The notes: a model not told the origin generated them from the sequence alone. A DNA stretch of 64,000 nucleotides from an uncultured Verrucomicrobiae bacterium (GCA_963773185.1 CAVZAD010000015.1:849-64848), one strand, 5' to 3'; shown: positions 27,338 to 37,702, counted from the stretch's first letter. Numbers and translations are program-made.

Positions 27338-27859
27338 ATGTGTTTATCACTTTATTTGGCGGCGCCACAGGAATTGCCTGTGATTGCCTGGGATGAAACG
27401 AAACCGGCCTTCCACGTCATTCATTTGCCCAAGAATGCGGAAGGCGTCCGTAAACATTTTCGTTCCGACTACGTTTACTATGCCGGTTCGGCTCAGGGTT
27501 GCTCCTGCGCCTTCAACTACGAGCATGAGTACGACTCCATCGTGGAGTTGAGGAATTATCTTCGTAACGCGCTCATCTGCGTGGAACAAGTTGAACTGTT
27601 CGCCTGTCAGGCCGGCGCGGAAGAGAAGAGTCGAAAACATGCCGTGATTACTTCTCCCGAAGGAATTGCGCTGCCTGAGTTTCTTTTCCGGGATGGACAG
27701 CATGTTCTGATTCGCCCGGGAAAGGACGCACAACGTGCGACCGAGGCCGAGAAATGCCTGCGCCGTGTCACGCAATTGGTCCCCGTATCCAAGAGCCGAC
27801 GCACCCGTGTCATTGCCGCAAGGCCCACGACTTTGACGCCCCTTTGCGCAACGAGCTAG
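27338..27859 (+). CDS. Hypothetical protein (starts MC..., contains GSAQGCSCAF)
   Basis: Intact 173-aa ORF with an ATG start. No family was recognised. Its antisense 184-aa ORF (27347..27901) looks like a shadow. Confidence 0.45.
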   Translation: MCLSLYLAAPQELPVIAWDETKPAFHVIHLPKNAEGVRKHFRSDYVYYAGSAQGCSCAFNYEHEYDSIVELRNYLRNALICVEQVELFACQAGAEEKSRKHAVITSPEGIALPEFLFRDGQHVLIRPGKDAQRATEAEKCLRRVTQLVPVSKSRRTRVIAARPTTLTPLCATS

Positions 27860-27884
27860 CCGCGTCGGACAGCCATTCGCTGCC

Positions 27885-29060
27885 TCAGCCAGCCGCGCCA
27901 AACGCGAGCCCCAGTCCGTAGGACACGACGGCGACGATCACACCGATCCACGTCATCTCGAGGCCCGAGGCCCACCATGAGCGAATCGTGATGAGCGATT
28001 TCACCGCGCCAACTGCGAAGTGCGCGACCAGGCTGATGCCGAAGGAAACGATCACCGCGCGAAGACCGCTCATGAAAAAGAATGGGATGATCGGGACGAA
28101 GGCGCCGATCGCCGTTGAGATGCCGGCCGAGAATGCGGACGTCCACGGATTTGGGAACCGGTGCTCCGAGAGGCCAAGCTCGCTCTGAGCCATCGCCTGC
28201 ACGAATTGCTCCGGCTGAGTAGCGAGATGTTCCGCCATGCGCTGCGACTCTTCGGCGCCAAATCCCTGGAGCTGATAGAACAGCGCCATCTCTTCAATTT
28301 CCTCCTCGGGATTTTCTTCCACCTCCGCTCGCTCCCGCGAGATCTCCGCCTCGTAAACTTCCGCTTCGCTCTTCGCCGCGAGGTAGGCTCCCGCCCCCAT
28401 GGAAAGAGTCGAAGCCAGCATGCCCGCCAGGCCAGAGATCAGCACATAATGCTGCTGGTTATTGGTCGCTCCAGCCACGCCTGAGACAATGCCGAAGACC
28501 GCGCCCAATCCATCATTCGCGCCATAAATCGCATCGGCCACCCAACTTCCGCCGCGCCCGTGCCAGCGCTCCCGTTTCAAGATTGCATCCAGCGCTGTCC
28601 TCGGGCTCGACGGCGAAATCATCGTGTTCAACACCCGGGCGTGCGCTTTCTCTTCAACCGCGCTCTCGCGCAGGAAATCCCGCACGTCCTCTTCCCCGGC
28701 CAAAGCACGGTCGCGCTGGTCGCGGAACTCCGCTTCATGCCGCTCTTCGGCCGCTTCCATTCGCCGGATGGCGATATCGGCGCCCGCGATCTTGTTCCAC
28801 CAGCGATTAAGACGACGCCGAACAGTATTTTCGAGGACCGGCGGTTCCGCGCCGAGATCGCGAAGTTTCTGCTCCCAGCGCTGGGCGTGGCGCTCCTCGG
28901 CTTCCGCCATGCGGATCAGAATGGCTTTGCGTTTTTCGTCCTTCTCTCGCGTTGCGAGATCGCGATAGGCCTGCGCGGTTTCCACTTCCGCACGCCAGTT
29001 CCGCTGGACCACCTCGATCGTCTCCGCTGCCTGTGGCTTGTCGCTTTTCATCGGGCGCAA
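27885..29060 (-). CDS. VIT1/CCC1-family Fe/Mn transporter with N-terminal ferritin/rubrerythrin-like domain
   Basis: N-terminus: EVETAQAYRDLA..MAEAEERHAQRWE..MEAAEERHEAEF. C-terminus: IYGANDGLGAVFGIVSGVAGA followed by TM helices. Confidence 0.8.
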   Translation of the reverse strand: MRPMKSDKPQAAETIEVVQRNWRAEVETAQAYRDLATREKDEKRKAILIRMAEAEERHAQRWEQKLRDLGAEPPVLENTVRRRLNRWWNKIAGADIAIRRMEAAEERHEAEFRDQRDRALAGEEDVRDFLRESAVEEKAHARVLNTMISPSSPRTALDAILKRERWHGRGGSWVADAIYGANDGLGAVFGIVSGVAGATNNQQHYVLISGLAGMLASTLSMGAGAYLAAKSEAEVYEAEISRERAEVEENPEEEIEEMALFYQLQGFGAEESQRMAEHLATQPEQFVQAMAQSELGLSEHRFPNPWTSAFSAGISTAIGAFVPIIPFFFMSGLRAVIVSFGISLVAHFAVGAVKSLITIRSWWASGLEMTWIGVIVAVVSYGLGLAFGAAG

Positions 29061-30011
29061 TCCGCAGATTCAATGATGGCGGGAATGGAAGAGTCCTTTG
29101 GGCTCTTTCGCTGGGCCATGATTACAACCGCGACCGAACCGACAATCAAACCCGCGGCGATCAGCGTGCGCAACGACAAGGCCTCGTCCGCGAACAGCGC
29201 GCCCAGCAAGACGGCGACGATCGGATTCACGTAGGCGTAAGTCGCCACTTTTGCCGGGTCGCAATAACGCAGCAGCCAGGCATACGAGACGAAGCCGATT
29301 ATTCCGCCGATAAAGATCAGATAAACAAATGCAACAAGTGATTGGGTGGTGATCAGCCGCGGATCGAAGTGCTGCAACTCTCCGCGGGCGATTCCGGCGA
29401 TGAGCAGAAGCGTCCCGCCACAAAGCATCTGCTGGCCCGCTGCCAGGAAGGGCGACGGCGCATTTTTCGCCGTTCGGGAATACAGCGACCCTGCCGACCA
29501 GATGAGCGAGGAGCAAAGCAGAATCGTCATCCCGAGCCAGGCGTGCGGCGACTCCCAGGCGTCGAAAAGCGCGCGCCGGACCCAGGAGCAGCCGACCCCG
29601 GCAAAGCCGCCCCCCAATCCCGCCCAGGTGAGTGCGCTTGGCCGTTTCGACATGCCAAAGATCCAGCTCAACAGCGCAATGTAAATCGGAACCGTTGCGA
29701 CAAGCAGGGCGGCGAGCCCTGTAGGCACATATTGCTCCGCCAGCGTGACGCCGCCGTTGCCACCAAGCAGCAGACAGGCGCCGACGATTAGCGCCGTTCG
29801 CCAATCCCCTCGTGGCGACGGGGGTGCGCCGGTCAAACGCGCTCCTGTATACATAATGATGCCGGCGAGAAAAACTCGAACCCGCCATCAGCAACGGCGG
29901 AATCGATTGGATCGCGAAAAGATCCCGAGGTAGGTCGAGCCCCAGATCAGGTAGAGCGCCGCAAAGGCGGCAAGGATCGCGATCTTTTTTGGTGGGGCAG
30001 CCACCAATCAT
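29048..30011 (-). CDS. EamA/DMT-family transporter (frameshifted as assembled)
   Basis: Segments MIGGCPTKK / IAILAAFAALYLIWGSTYLG / AIQSIPPLLMAGS / RFFLAGIIMYTGARL... then a 268-aa ORF with EamA-type helices. The shifts coincide with homopolymers, e.g. the T6 run at 29985-29990. Confidence 0.75.
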
Positions 30012-30066
30012 GGTGTCATGAGGGCGAGTTTTCGCCAACGAGGTAGCTCCAAGGTCACACGTTGCC

Positions 30067-30186
30067 TGTCATCCCGAGCCGCGTCAGACGGCATTGACCC
30101 CGCAACTGTAATAGAAGCGTTTATCGTCGCTAGCGTGATCGACAATTGATTTGGAGTTCCTCGCCGTCTACACGGCTCGGGATGAC
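30067..30186. repeat. MITE/REP-like palindromic element, copy A (TGTCATCCCGAGCCGCGTCAGACGGC ... GCCGTCTACACGGCTCGGGATGAC)
   Basis: The terminal inverted repeats were read directly. The same termini occur at 36250, 36373, 44900, 47711 and 54319. Confidence 0.8.
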
Positions 30187-30195
30187 CGCAAGAAA

Positions 30196-30461
30196 TTACG
30201 GACGCTTCGGGGCGATCAAGCGATAGAGCAGCAGCAACAGCATCGCACCGACGATCGAGCCAATGAAGCTGGAGGTTGCACCCGGTTCGTACCAGCCAAT
30301 CATTTTCCCGAGAAAGAGGCGACGAATGCGCCGGCGATACCGATCAGCATGGTAATGATGCATCCGCCGGGATCTTTGCCCGGCATCAAAAGTTTTGCAA
30401 TGAAGCCGATGACGAGACCGATACACAGGATCCAAATAATTGAGTTAGCGCTGAAGTCCAT
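30196..30461 (-). CDS. GlsB/YeaQ/YmgE-family small membrane protein (frameshifted as assembled)
   Basis: From the ATG at complement 30459-30461: MDFSANSIIWILCIGLVIGFIAKLLMPGKDPGG... then a frame change near ~30320 into ...GKMIGWYEPGATSSFIGSIVGAMLLLLLYRLI. Confidence 0.7.
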
Positions 30462-30607
30462 AGGCGAGCGAGTCTGGCGAGCGAGCCGCGTTTGGTCAAT
30501 CCTGCAAATTGACGTAGAGGCGCTCGGCGTCAGGCCCCTGCGCCTATGGCTTGCACTCGAACCAGCCGAGCTGGATCAGGCGCTTGGCCAAGCGCTTCTA
30601 CAGGCAA

Positions 30608-32189
30608 TCACCTGCGCGATTTGATGTCTTCGCTCGCCCGAATCGTTTCGAGCAGCGCGTCATCGGGCGTCGTGTCGAGATTCAGAACGGTCAACGCTGT
30701 GCCGCCCGCCTGGTTCCGGCTCAGCGACATCGTCGCGATATTCACCCCGTGGTCGCCGAGGAGCGTTCCGATCGCCCGACGATGCCGGGGCGGTCCGTGT
30801 TCTCCAGCACCAGCACGACCCCGTGCGGGCGCGCCTCCACCGGCCGGCTGTTCACATTCACAATTCGCGGGGTCGCGCCAAAAAAAGCGCCGGCCACCGA
30901 AACCGTTTTGCCTTCAGCCACGGCGGAAAGTTCCAGCAGATCGGTGTAATCGCCGGCCGCGCTCAAGCCGTGTCTCCGTGACTTTCAGTCCGAGACTTTC
31001 CGCGAAAGCCGGCGCGTTCACTTCGTTGATTTCGCTGCCGCCGGCGTGTTCCAGGAATCCCTTCAAGACCGAGCGCGTGATGGCGGTGGTATCGACCTCG
31101 TTTACTTTTCCGCTGTAATTGATGTTCAGCCGCTCGACCCGTTTCGGCGCGAGCTGCGCCAGGAAACGCCCGAGTTTTTCGCCGAAGCGCAGATGCGGGC
31201 CGACGACGGCCAGCGTTTTCGCGTCGAGATTCGGCATGTTGATCGCGTTGCGAATGGTCCCTTCGAGGAGCGCGGCGCGAATGGATTGCGCAATTTCGAG
31301 GCCGACGCTTTCCTGCGCCTCGACCGTAGACGCGCCGAGATGCGGAGTCAGAACCAGGTTCGGCGACTTCGCGCAACGGCGAATCAGCGGGAGCGGCTCC
31401 GTTTCGAAAACATCGAGAGCGGCCGCCGCCACCTGTCCCGATCGCAACGCTTCGGCCAGGGCCAGCTTCATCGAGAGACCGCCCCGCGCGCAGTTGATCA
31501 CGCGCACGCCGCGTTTTGTTTTCTCCAAGCCGCGCGCGATCAAGCAGGTGGTGCGTCTCCGGCGTGAGCGGGGTGTGCAACGTAATGAAATCCGCCGCGG
31601 CCAGGAGATCGTCGAGTTCCTCGATCAGCTCGACCTGCAACGTGCGGGCGCGCGTCGCGGAGAGATAAGGATCGTAGGCGGCGACGCGCATTCCGAAGGC
31701 GATCGCGCGCCGGCTTAATTCGCTGCCGATCCGCCCCATTCCCACGATCCCGAGCGTCTTGTTGAAAAGCTCGACCCCTTCCAGATTCTTCCGGTCCCAC
31801 TTTCCGCCGCGAAGCATCGCATCGGCCTGCGGAATTTTCCGGGCCACGCAAAGCAGGAGCGAGAAGGCATGTTCCGCGGTGGAAATGGTGTTGCCGCCCG
31901 GCGCGTTCATCACGATCACGCCGCGCCGGGTCGCTTCCGCCACGTCCACATTATCGATTCCCACGCCGGCGCGCCCGACGACCCGCAGCTTCGATCCCGC
32001 GTTCAACACCGCCGCCGTGATCTTGGTCTGGCTGCGCACCACGACCGCGCTGAAATCCGGGATGATTTCGACGAGCGCAGATTCGCTCAGGCCGGTCTGG
32101 GTCGAGACTTCGAGCGCGCCGTCGCGCGCCAATTCGTCCACGCCGCTTTGCGAAATGGAATCCGCGATCAGGATTTTCGGAACGGTCAT
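30608..32189 (-). CDS. serA: D-3-phosphoglycerate dehydrogenase with C-terminal ACT domain (frameshifted as assembled)
   Basis: MTVPKILIADSI..VVGRAGVGIDNVDV..LGIVGMGRIGSE..ITLHTPLTPET, then INCARGG..AALDVFETEP..LTPHLGAST, then an ACT-like segment VLVLENTDRPGIVG..GVNIATMSLS. Frame changes fall near ~31545, ~30965 and ~30775. Confidence 0.9.
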
Positions 32190-32235
32190 GTCCGCGCCAG
32201 TGTAGCAGTCCTGCTCAATCGAGGCGATGAGCGTT

Positions 32236-33905
32236 TCAAATCGCCGGTCTCGGCCGCCGCCAGAAGGCGAACGATTGATAGATCAGCAGAATCAGAAAGC
32301 AGGAATAGAGCGGCAGGACCGGAAAGAGATAACGCTCATAGCCGCCAACCCACCAGGTGGCATCGAGAAGGTAAAAGGAGCACCCTCAGGAAAATCGTGG
32401 CGCCAAGAAGGATTAGCGCGGCGTTGACTGGATCGCTTGCGCGAAGCCGCCGAAAGCGCCAGGCGATCGCCAAGACGGCGACGCGATCCTGCCACGGACA
32501 GACCGATAACAAGAAAGCGATGGTAGTTGCCGATAAAGTTTTCCAGCGCGGCCGAAATCCCCAAGCTTCCGGCCCGGTCGCGACTGGGGCCGCGGTGGGT
32601 CATCTCATCATAAAGCGCACGTTGCGGTTCGGTCAGGATGTCGTCATCCCGACCTTCGAACATATGGTATCGAAGCAAAAATAAAGCAGCGATTCGCGGA
32701 AAAGATTGCGGCATGTGGTGAAGGCTGGCGAGGCCCCGGGATCGAGAAACGTGGAAAGCACAAAGCGACACGGAATCCGGCCTTCATCGCAGGCGCGATT
32801 GATCTCACCGGCCACATTTCGGTAGAAGCGGTCCGGCGTCGCAGCGCTCTTGTGGACGTCCTGCATGCTGGCTGTGCTGCGCAAGGCCCACAACAACCAG
32901 GGTGTGCCAATTTCATGAAGGCCGAGGGCCTCGAAAAGTTCGGAACTTGCCAATTACGTCCTAGCTCACCTTCGAGTTGTGGTTTGAGCTGGGCAAAGGC
33001 AGGACTAACGCTGTAGGCCTTCTCAAGAGCATCGGTGGAAACAGCGACAAAGCGGTGCTCGCGGACGGGCTTGATCCGAAGCAATGCTTTATAGGCGGCC
33101 CTGAAACTGGACGCGTTGAACTCAGATTTAGAGAAGCTGTGAAAGGCCCGGTAATTGGCGGCGTTGATCGCCACGTTTAGGAGAAGCAGCGTTCCAAGCA
33201 TCACGCTCATCGGTTTCAGCCAATAGCGCACCGCCGGTTTCCACGAACCAGCTCATTGACCTCTGCCGAATGAACGCGGCGACAAGAAACACGGCAATCA
33301 ACGGAGGAATGAGGACACTTTCTTCCCGCGTATTCCAAAGCGCGAGCGAGAGCTAGTCCTGTCCACATTGCGTGGATCGGTTTCGCCGTGAGGAGAGTCA
33401 AAAGGAGACCTCCGAGAACCAGGGGCAGCAGAGCGGCATAATAAGTATCAGCCATGGTGTGGTTGTTGAGCTGGAAACTGCCTGGGTGCAGGACCATGGC
33501 GGCGAAGCTTGCCAGGCAAACCAGTCGGGGCACACCGGCTTTGCGGAAGCCCGCAATCAACGCCAGGTATCCAGTTATTTGCATGAGCTCGATCCCTGTC
33601 CGCAGTGGAATTTCGCAGAGGTGAAGCAAGCCGACGAACAACGGGTAGGCCGGCGGTCGAACGAAAGCGGTCCAACTATATTCGGATCCCCAATACCAAT
33701 GCTTAGCGGAATTTAAGAACCAAAGCGCATCGAACTCGGTCGCGCTTCCGTAGATCTCTTCCGCGCGGACCAGCCAAAGCTTGAAGGCGACGAGAAGCAG
33801 AAGGCCGAGCACCAGGCGATGCCGGCGGAAAAACTCTTGGGCGAAGGAGATTTTAGCCAAGGGATTCACTGGCAGATTCGATAAAGCGCGCATCGCCGTT
33901 CTCAA
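32236..33905 (-). CDS. Polytopic membrane protein, GT-C (ArnT/PMT-like) glycosyltransferase-like (frameshifted as assembled)
   Basis: The N-terminus ...FVRPPAYPLFVGLLHL... followed by many TM helices resembles family 39/83 glycosyltransferases. ORFs 33216..33905, 32644..33231, 32633..32953 and 32292..32771 join with 3-4 shifts. The family call is weak. Confidence 0.4.
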
Positions 33906-33937
33906 TCAGGACGGATTCGATCCGCCTTCATGAGAAT

Positions 33938-34008
33938 AGCGGGTGAAGGGAATCGAACCCTCGTGTCCAGCTTGGGAAGCTGGCGTTCTACCATTGAACT
34001 ACACCCGC
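33938..34008 (-). tRNA. tRNA-Gly (anticodon CCC), CCA not encoded
   Basis: Reverse complement: GCGGGTG-TA-GTTC-AATGGTA-GAAC-G-CCAGC-TTCCCAA-GCTGG-ACAC-GAGGG-TTCGATT-CCCTT-CACCCGC-T. Confidence 0.9.
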
Positions 34009-34065
34009 GTGAATTCGATTTGAGATTGTGGATTGCGGAAGTCAGGATGTTGCAAGGACGGGCGG

Positions 34066-34826
34066 TTACTGCCAGGAAATGACGTCGTCTTTGTTCGTTC
34101 CGGCGTTCTTGTCGGACGGGCGTGGTTGAAGTGCTTTGCGACAGAGCGTCTTTTCCGAGTGACCACGCGATGACGCAGCTTCGGAGAGCGGGCGCGGCCC
34201 CCGCGTTCTGCGAATAGGGATTGCTGACTTGATTATCGTAGTCGGTGTCGATGCGAACCAGGTACGGTTTTCCCCAGGGATCGAAGTATTGACCCGCGGT
34301 GCCGAAGCGGAACTAATGCCGGCGCGGGGATTGTTTGCGTCTTTCGCGTCCGGCGGTGAGAGAAAGACGATTTCTCGCGGATTTTGGATGGCGTTGACGG
34401 AGCGAAGTTCATTGAACAACTGTGCGTTCGTCGTGGTTGCTCCGTAGGTCGTGTCGGCGGGAGGTCGCCGGAGTGAGAGGATACTTCCGTACTCGGCGTA
34501 GTAGGCGGTCACTGGCGGTGACGATTTGGACCAGGTCAGTACCTGGCTTGCGCTTTCCTGGCCTGGTTCTGGACGCCTTGAAAGGCGGGAAAGGCGAGAC
34601 CGATCAGGACCGCGATGATCGCGATGACGACGAGAAGCTCGATAAGGGTGAAGGCGGCCACACTCGGACGGGAAGAACATCCTGGTAGGGCGAGACTCTG
34701 TCGAGCCGATCGGTGCCGCGCGTAATCTGGTGCGGCTCGACAGAGTCTCGCCCTACCAAAGGCGAAGGCGTCGCGCAGATTCATTTCCATTTCCGCATTT
34801 GCTCGGGGAAGGGGCATTGCGCGCAA
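34066..34826 (-). CDS. Prepilin-type N-terminal cleavage/methylation domain protein (type II secretion/pilin-like; frameshifted as assembled)
   Basis: AAFTLIELLVVIAIIAVLIGLAFPAF..., VTAYYAEYG, YFDPWGKPYLVRIDTDYDN, VIAWSLGKD, and the ending DDVISWQ are spread over three frames (shifts at ~34540, ~34300 and ~34110). The N-terminal extent is uncertain. Confidence 0.7.
34684..34757. repeat. Perfect 24-bp inverted repeat (GGTAGGGCGAGACTCTGTCGAGCC / GGCTCGACAGAGTCTCGCCCTACC), 26-nt spacer
   Basis: Read directly. It lies inside the open leader region upstream of the FTLIELL motif of the pilin-like gene. Confidence 0.85.
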
Positions 34827-34893
34827 TCGGAATTATCCTGCAAACAGAAATCTTCGTAGATCTGAAGCAATCCTTGCTGGTGCGCGATGGTTC

Positions 34894-36153
34894 TCAGTGA
34901 AGCGCGAATGCCGTCGGGTCGCCTCCAAAGAGCCGGGCGGCTCCGGTCTCGAGTCGACGGTTGGTAAGGCGCGCGGGCAATTTCTCGTAGGCGGTCCAGA
35001 TATCGGCGCCTTCCGCGAGAAAGAAGGGCAGGAGCACATTCGCCAGGATGTCGGCAATTCGCGATTGGCCCACGAGCGCCATCTCTTTTTCGGCTGGGTC
35101 AGAGGCGAGGGTGTAATGAAAATTCCAAAACGGATGGCGAAGTCCGAGGAAAAAGCTTTCGGCGTTTTCGCGTTCTTCTTCGTGAGTGATTTCGTGAAGC
35201 GAGCGCCAGGCGTCGACGAGGGTGGCGAGCGCGCCGAGCCGGCGCTGGGGATGATTCAGAGGACGAGTGCCGCTCAGCCGCCAGAGCTTTGCTGGCAGGA
35301 CCAGCCGCTGCATTTCGTCGCGATGCGGCCACCAGCGGTCCCAAAGTTTTCTCACATAACCGCGCGTCTTGTCCGGATAGACGGCCAGGTCCGGCGCCTC
35401 GAGAAACCCCGCCACTCCGAAAAGGATCGCCTCGGCGTCGTCGTTTCGGGTTGCGCAGGAAGTTGAGCGGCAACCGTTGCGCGAGAAGCGTAAAGGCCAG
35501 CTTGTTTTCCTTGTAACCCAGCGCCGCGGCGATCTCCTGGAAGAGCGCTTCGTCGCGCCCGTGATTCTCCACGATGTTTTTGATCCGCGCGGCTTTGCGT
35601 TGCAGGCGAAATTGCGACGCGGCGGCGAGGATGCAGCAAAGCCGTTCTTCCGGCAAATCAGAGAGCGGCGCCTGACAACGGCCCGGTCGGGCCAGCGGGA
35701 CATTGGCGGAGAAAGAGTCCGGCAAGGTCCGCTGGATCGACTCGCACCTGCGGCACATTGCGATGCGATTTCGTGCGGGTGAAAAACGTGCGATCGCTTT
35801 GATGAACGAAAGACGTGCAGGACGGCGTCGTCGAAGGCCGGGTTGGTGGCGTGTCCGTGTGTTTCCCAGCTTCGATCCGCCAGGTCGAACTCAATTGGGC
35901 CGCGGACCGGGTCGCCGCCATTGATCCGGACGACGGCGTCGGAGAAATCTGGTCCGGCGGCGCGATTCCAGGTGCCGAATTGGACGACCTCAATGTCATC
36001 GCCGGAGACGGAACGGAACTGCCTGCCGAAGTCGCCGGCGAACCAGCGCGCCTGTAATTCCAATTCGCTGGGCGTGCGTTGCGGCGGAAAAAGCGCGCGC
36101 TCGTGGACACGCGCGAAATCGCGCGACTCGGCATAACGATCGGCCAGCAGCAT
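34894..36153 (-). CDS. DUF2851-family protein (compensated internal frameshifts as assembled)
   Basis: ELQARWFAGDFGRQF..GTWNRAAGPDFSDAV..HGHATNPAFDDAVLHVF. The middle segment is found only in another frame (ORF 35099..35758: IAAALGYKENKLAFTLLAQRLPL). The C-terminus returns to the first frame. The start is taken at the ATG at complement 36151-36153. Confidence 0.65.
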   Translation of the reverse strand: MLLADRYAESRDFARVHERALFPPQRTPSELELQARWFAGDFGRQFRSVSGDDIEVVQFGTWNRAAGPDFSDAVVRINGGDPVRGPIEFDLADRSWETHGHATNPAFDDAVLHVFRSSKRSHVFHPHEIASQCAAGASRSSGPCRTLSPPMSRWPDRAVVRRRSLICRKNGFAASSPPRRNFACNAKPRGSKTSWRITGATKRSSRRSPRRWVTRKTSWPLRFSRNGCRSTSCATRNDDAEAILFGVAGFLEAPDLAVYPDKTRGYVRKLWDRWWPHRDEMQRLVLPAKLWRLSGTRPLNHPQRRLGALATLVDAWRSLHEITHEEERENAESFFLGLRHPFWNFHYTLASDPAEKEMALVGQSRIADILANVLLPFFLAEGADIWTAYEKLPARLTNRRLETGAARLFGGDPTAFALH

Positions 36154-36249
36154 GGGGGGAGGGGGACCGGCCAAGTGTTGGAGTTTTGCCGCGTTTTGGC
36201 GACAAAAAAATGAGCGAAGGATGTGGCCCAGGGACTGTCGCCTCTCCGC

Positions 36250-36452
36250 TGTCATCCCGAGCCGCGCGGACGGCGAGGGACCCCGCAGGCGGTCTTTCGC
36301 TTCCGCGCAAATGATGGCGTGTGCGTCAGGTTAAGCCTGCCAATTTATTTCGAAAACGCGAGTGTAGGTGACAGTCATCCTGAGCGGAGCGGAGTCGAAG
36401 GACCCCGTCGCCCGTTCTTCCGCGGGGTCCCTCGACTGCGCTCGGGATGACA
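36250..36452. repeat. MITE/REP-like elements, copy B (solo left arm 36250-36282 plus complete 80-bp palindromic unit 36373-36452)
   Basis: TGTCATCCCGAGCCGCGCGGACGGCGAGGGACC, then AGTCATCCTGAGCGGAGCGGAGTCGAAGGACC ... GGTCCCTCGACTGCGCTCGGGATGACA. Confidence 0.8.
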
Positions 36453-36459
36453 ACTACTA

Positions 36460-37515
36460 CTAAACGTGCCCGACAGGTTCCGGCGCCAACGGCTCGGCTG
36501 GCACGGTCGCTGGCGAACTCAGCCGCTCGCGCAAGTATTCCGCGATTTGCTCGACGAGCGCGCCGCGTGACCGCGTGAACATGAAGGAATACTTCGGTCC
36601 GCGACCGGCTGACGGGAAAATGACCAGATTCTCGGAGAGAAACTGCGGCTCGTGCACAATGGTCGAGCCCTCCAGGTCGATCGTCTGGCCAAAGCCGCGT
36701 CCGGTTTTTTTTGCGACGAAAACAATCTTATGCGGCTCTTCGTTCGTGGCGACGAGCGCGCCGAAAAGATTCGCCGGGATCCGCCGGCCCCGCCCGCTAA
36801 TGCAGGGAACCGCCCAGGCGATTGTTTCTCCGAGAACATTCTGCTTGCTGAAGATCGGCGCCAATCGTGCCGGGAGCGCCATCGGCAGGGTAGAGGGTCT
36901 TCGTAGGTCGGCCGGGCCGTTCAACTTGGTCAGGGCCAGCCAGATTTTCGCTTTCATCGAGCGGAGAATCTTCGGGGCGAAGTAAAGGAATGCGACGATG
37001 GCGAGTGCGAAAAGCGAGATCGCCAGGACCGGGTTGTAATGGATGAGGGCGAGTCCGCCGAAGACGGCTACATCTTCGGCCACGCTAAGCCCGATATTCG
37101 AGAATGGCTCCGGTGAGCTGTTCGCCATCAGGCGCGACGAGGCCTTTGCCGTATGGGTTACCAGACTGGTGCCGCCGGCCAACAGCACCAGCAGCACATC
37201 GAAGGTGGGAGTGGAATGGCCGAGCACTTGAATGGCCAGCAGCGCGCCGCCGATCGGCCGGATGACCGTGTGAACAGCGTCCCAGGCCGAATCGACCCAA
37301 GGGATTTTGTCGGCGAAGAATTCGAGGAAGTAGAGGACGCCTGCGACCGCTATGATCCACGGGTGACCGAGGGCTTCGAGCGAATGGTAATTCGGCGAGA
37401 GAACGATCCAGTGCAGGTTGATGGCCAGGCCGGTGACGAAGACGGTGAGATAAAGATTGATCCCGGCGAGACAGGCCAGGCCGAGCGCTACGCTCAAAAG
37501 GTTGAATCTTTCCAC
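36460..37515 (-). CDS. DUF4126-family membrane protein with a soluble C-terminal extension
   Basis: LEFFADKIPWVDSAWDAVHTVIRPIGGA is the DUF4126 signature. About 150 C-terminal residues follow the last TM helix (IAWAVPCISGRGRR..KIVFVAKKTGRGFGQTIDLEGSTIV..YSFMFTRS). Confidence 0.6.
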   Translation of the reverse strand: MERFNLLSVALGLACLAGINLYLTVFVTGLAINLHWIVLSPNYHSLEALGHPWIIAVAGVLYFLEFFADKIPWVDSAWDAVHTVIRPIGGALLAIQVLGHSTPTFDVLLVLLAGGTSLVTHTAKASSRLMANSSPEPFSNIGLSVAEDVAVFGGLALIHYNPVLAISLFALAIVAFLYFAPKILRSMKAKIWLALTKLNGPADLRRPSTLPMALPARLAPIFSKQNVLGETIAWAVPCISGRGRRIPANLFGALVATNEEPHKIVFVAKKTGRGFGQTIDLEGSTIVHEPQFLSENLVIFPSAGRGPKYSFMFTRSRGALVEQIAEYLRERLSSPATVPAEPLAPEPVGHV

Positions 37516-37702
37516 GCCGAAATATCAAACGCGCCCCGGGATTGTCATGCGGTTTTGCCGGAGCGACGTCTCTTCGTAATCGTGCTCGTGCTCCCGCTCG
37601 TGTCTAAAAACGAAGATCGATCACGAGCACGGGCAGGAGCACAAGCGCGAGTGAACTGTTCAGAGTGTTTGCGCGCGAGCTATCCCGCTGATATTCCAAG
37701 CC

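Noticed and set aside
36152-36450. Small ORFs translating as ...VIPSRADGEGP... / ...SRSVEGPRG... (for example 36152..36334 and 36223..36450), considered as peptide genes.
   Set aside because: They are translations of the dispersed palindromic repeat family. The same peptide strings appear wherever the repeat occurs, in either orientation.
37581-37651. Imperfect inverted repeat CGTGCTCGTGCTCCCGCTCGTG / CACGAGCACGGGCAGGAGCACAAGCGCGAG upstream of serS, considered as a T-box or attenuator.
   Set aside because: The complementarity is only partial, and no specifier or T-box consensus (AGGGUGGNACCGCG-type) was seen. It is probably another degenerate word-type hairpin.
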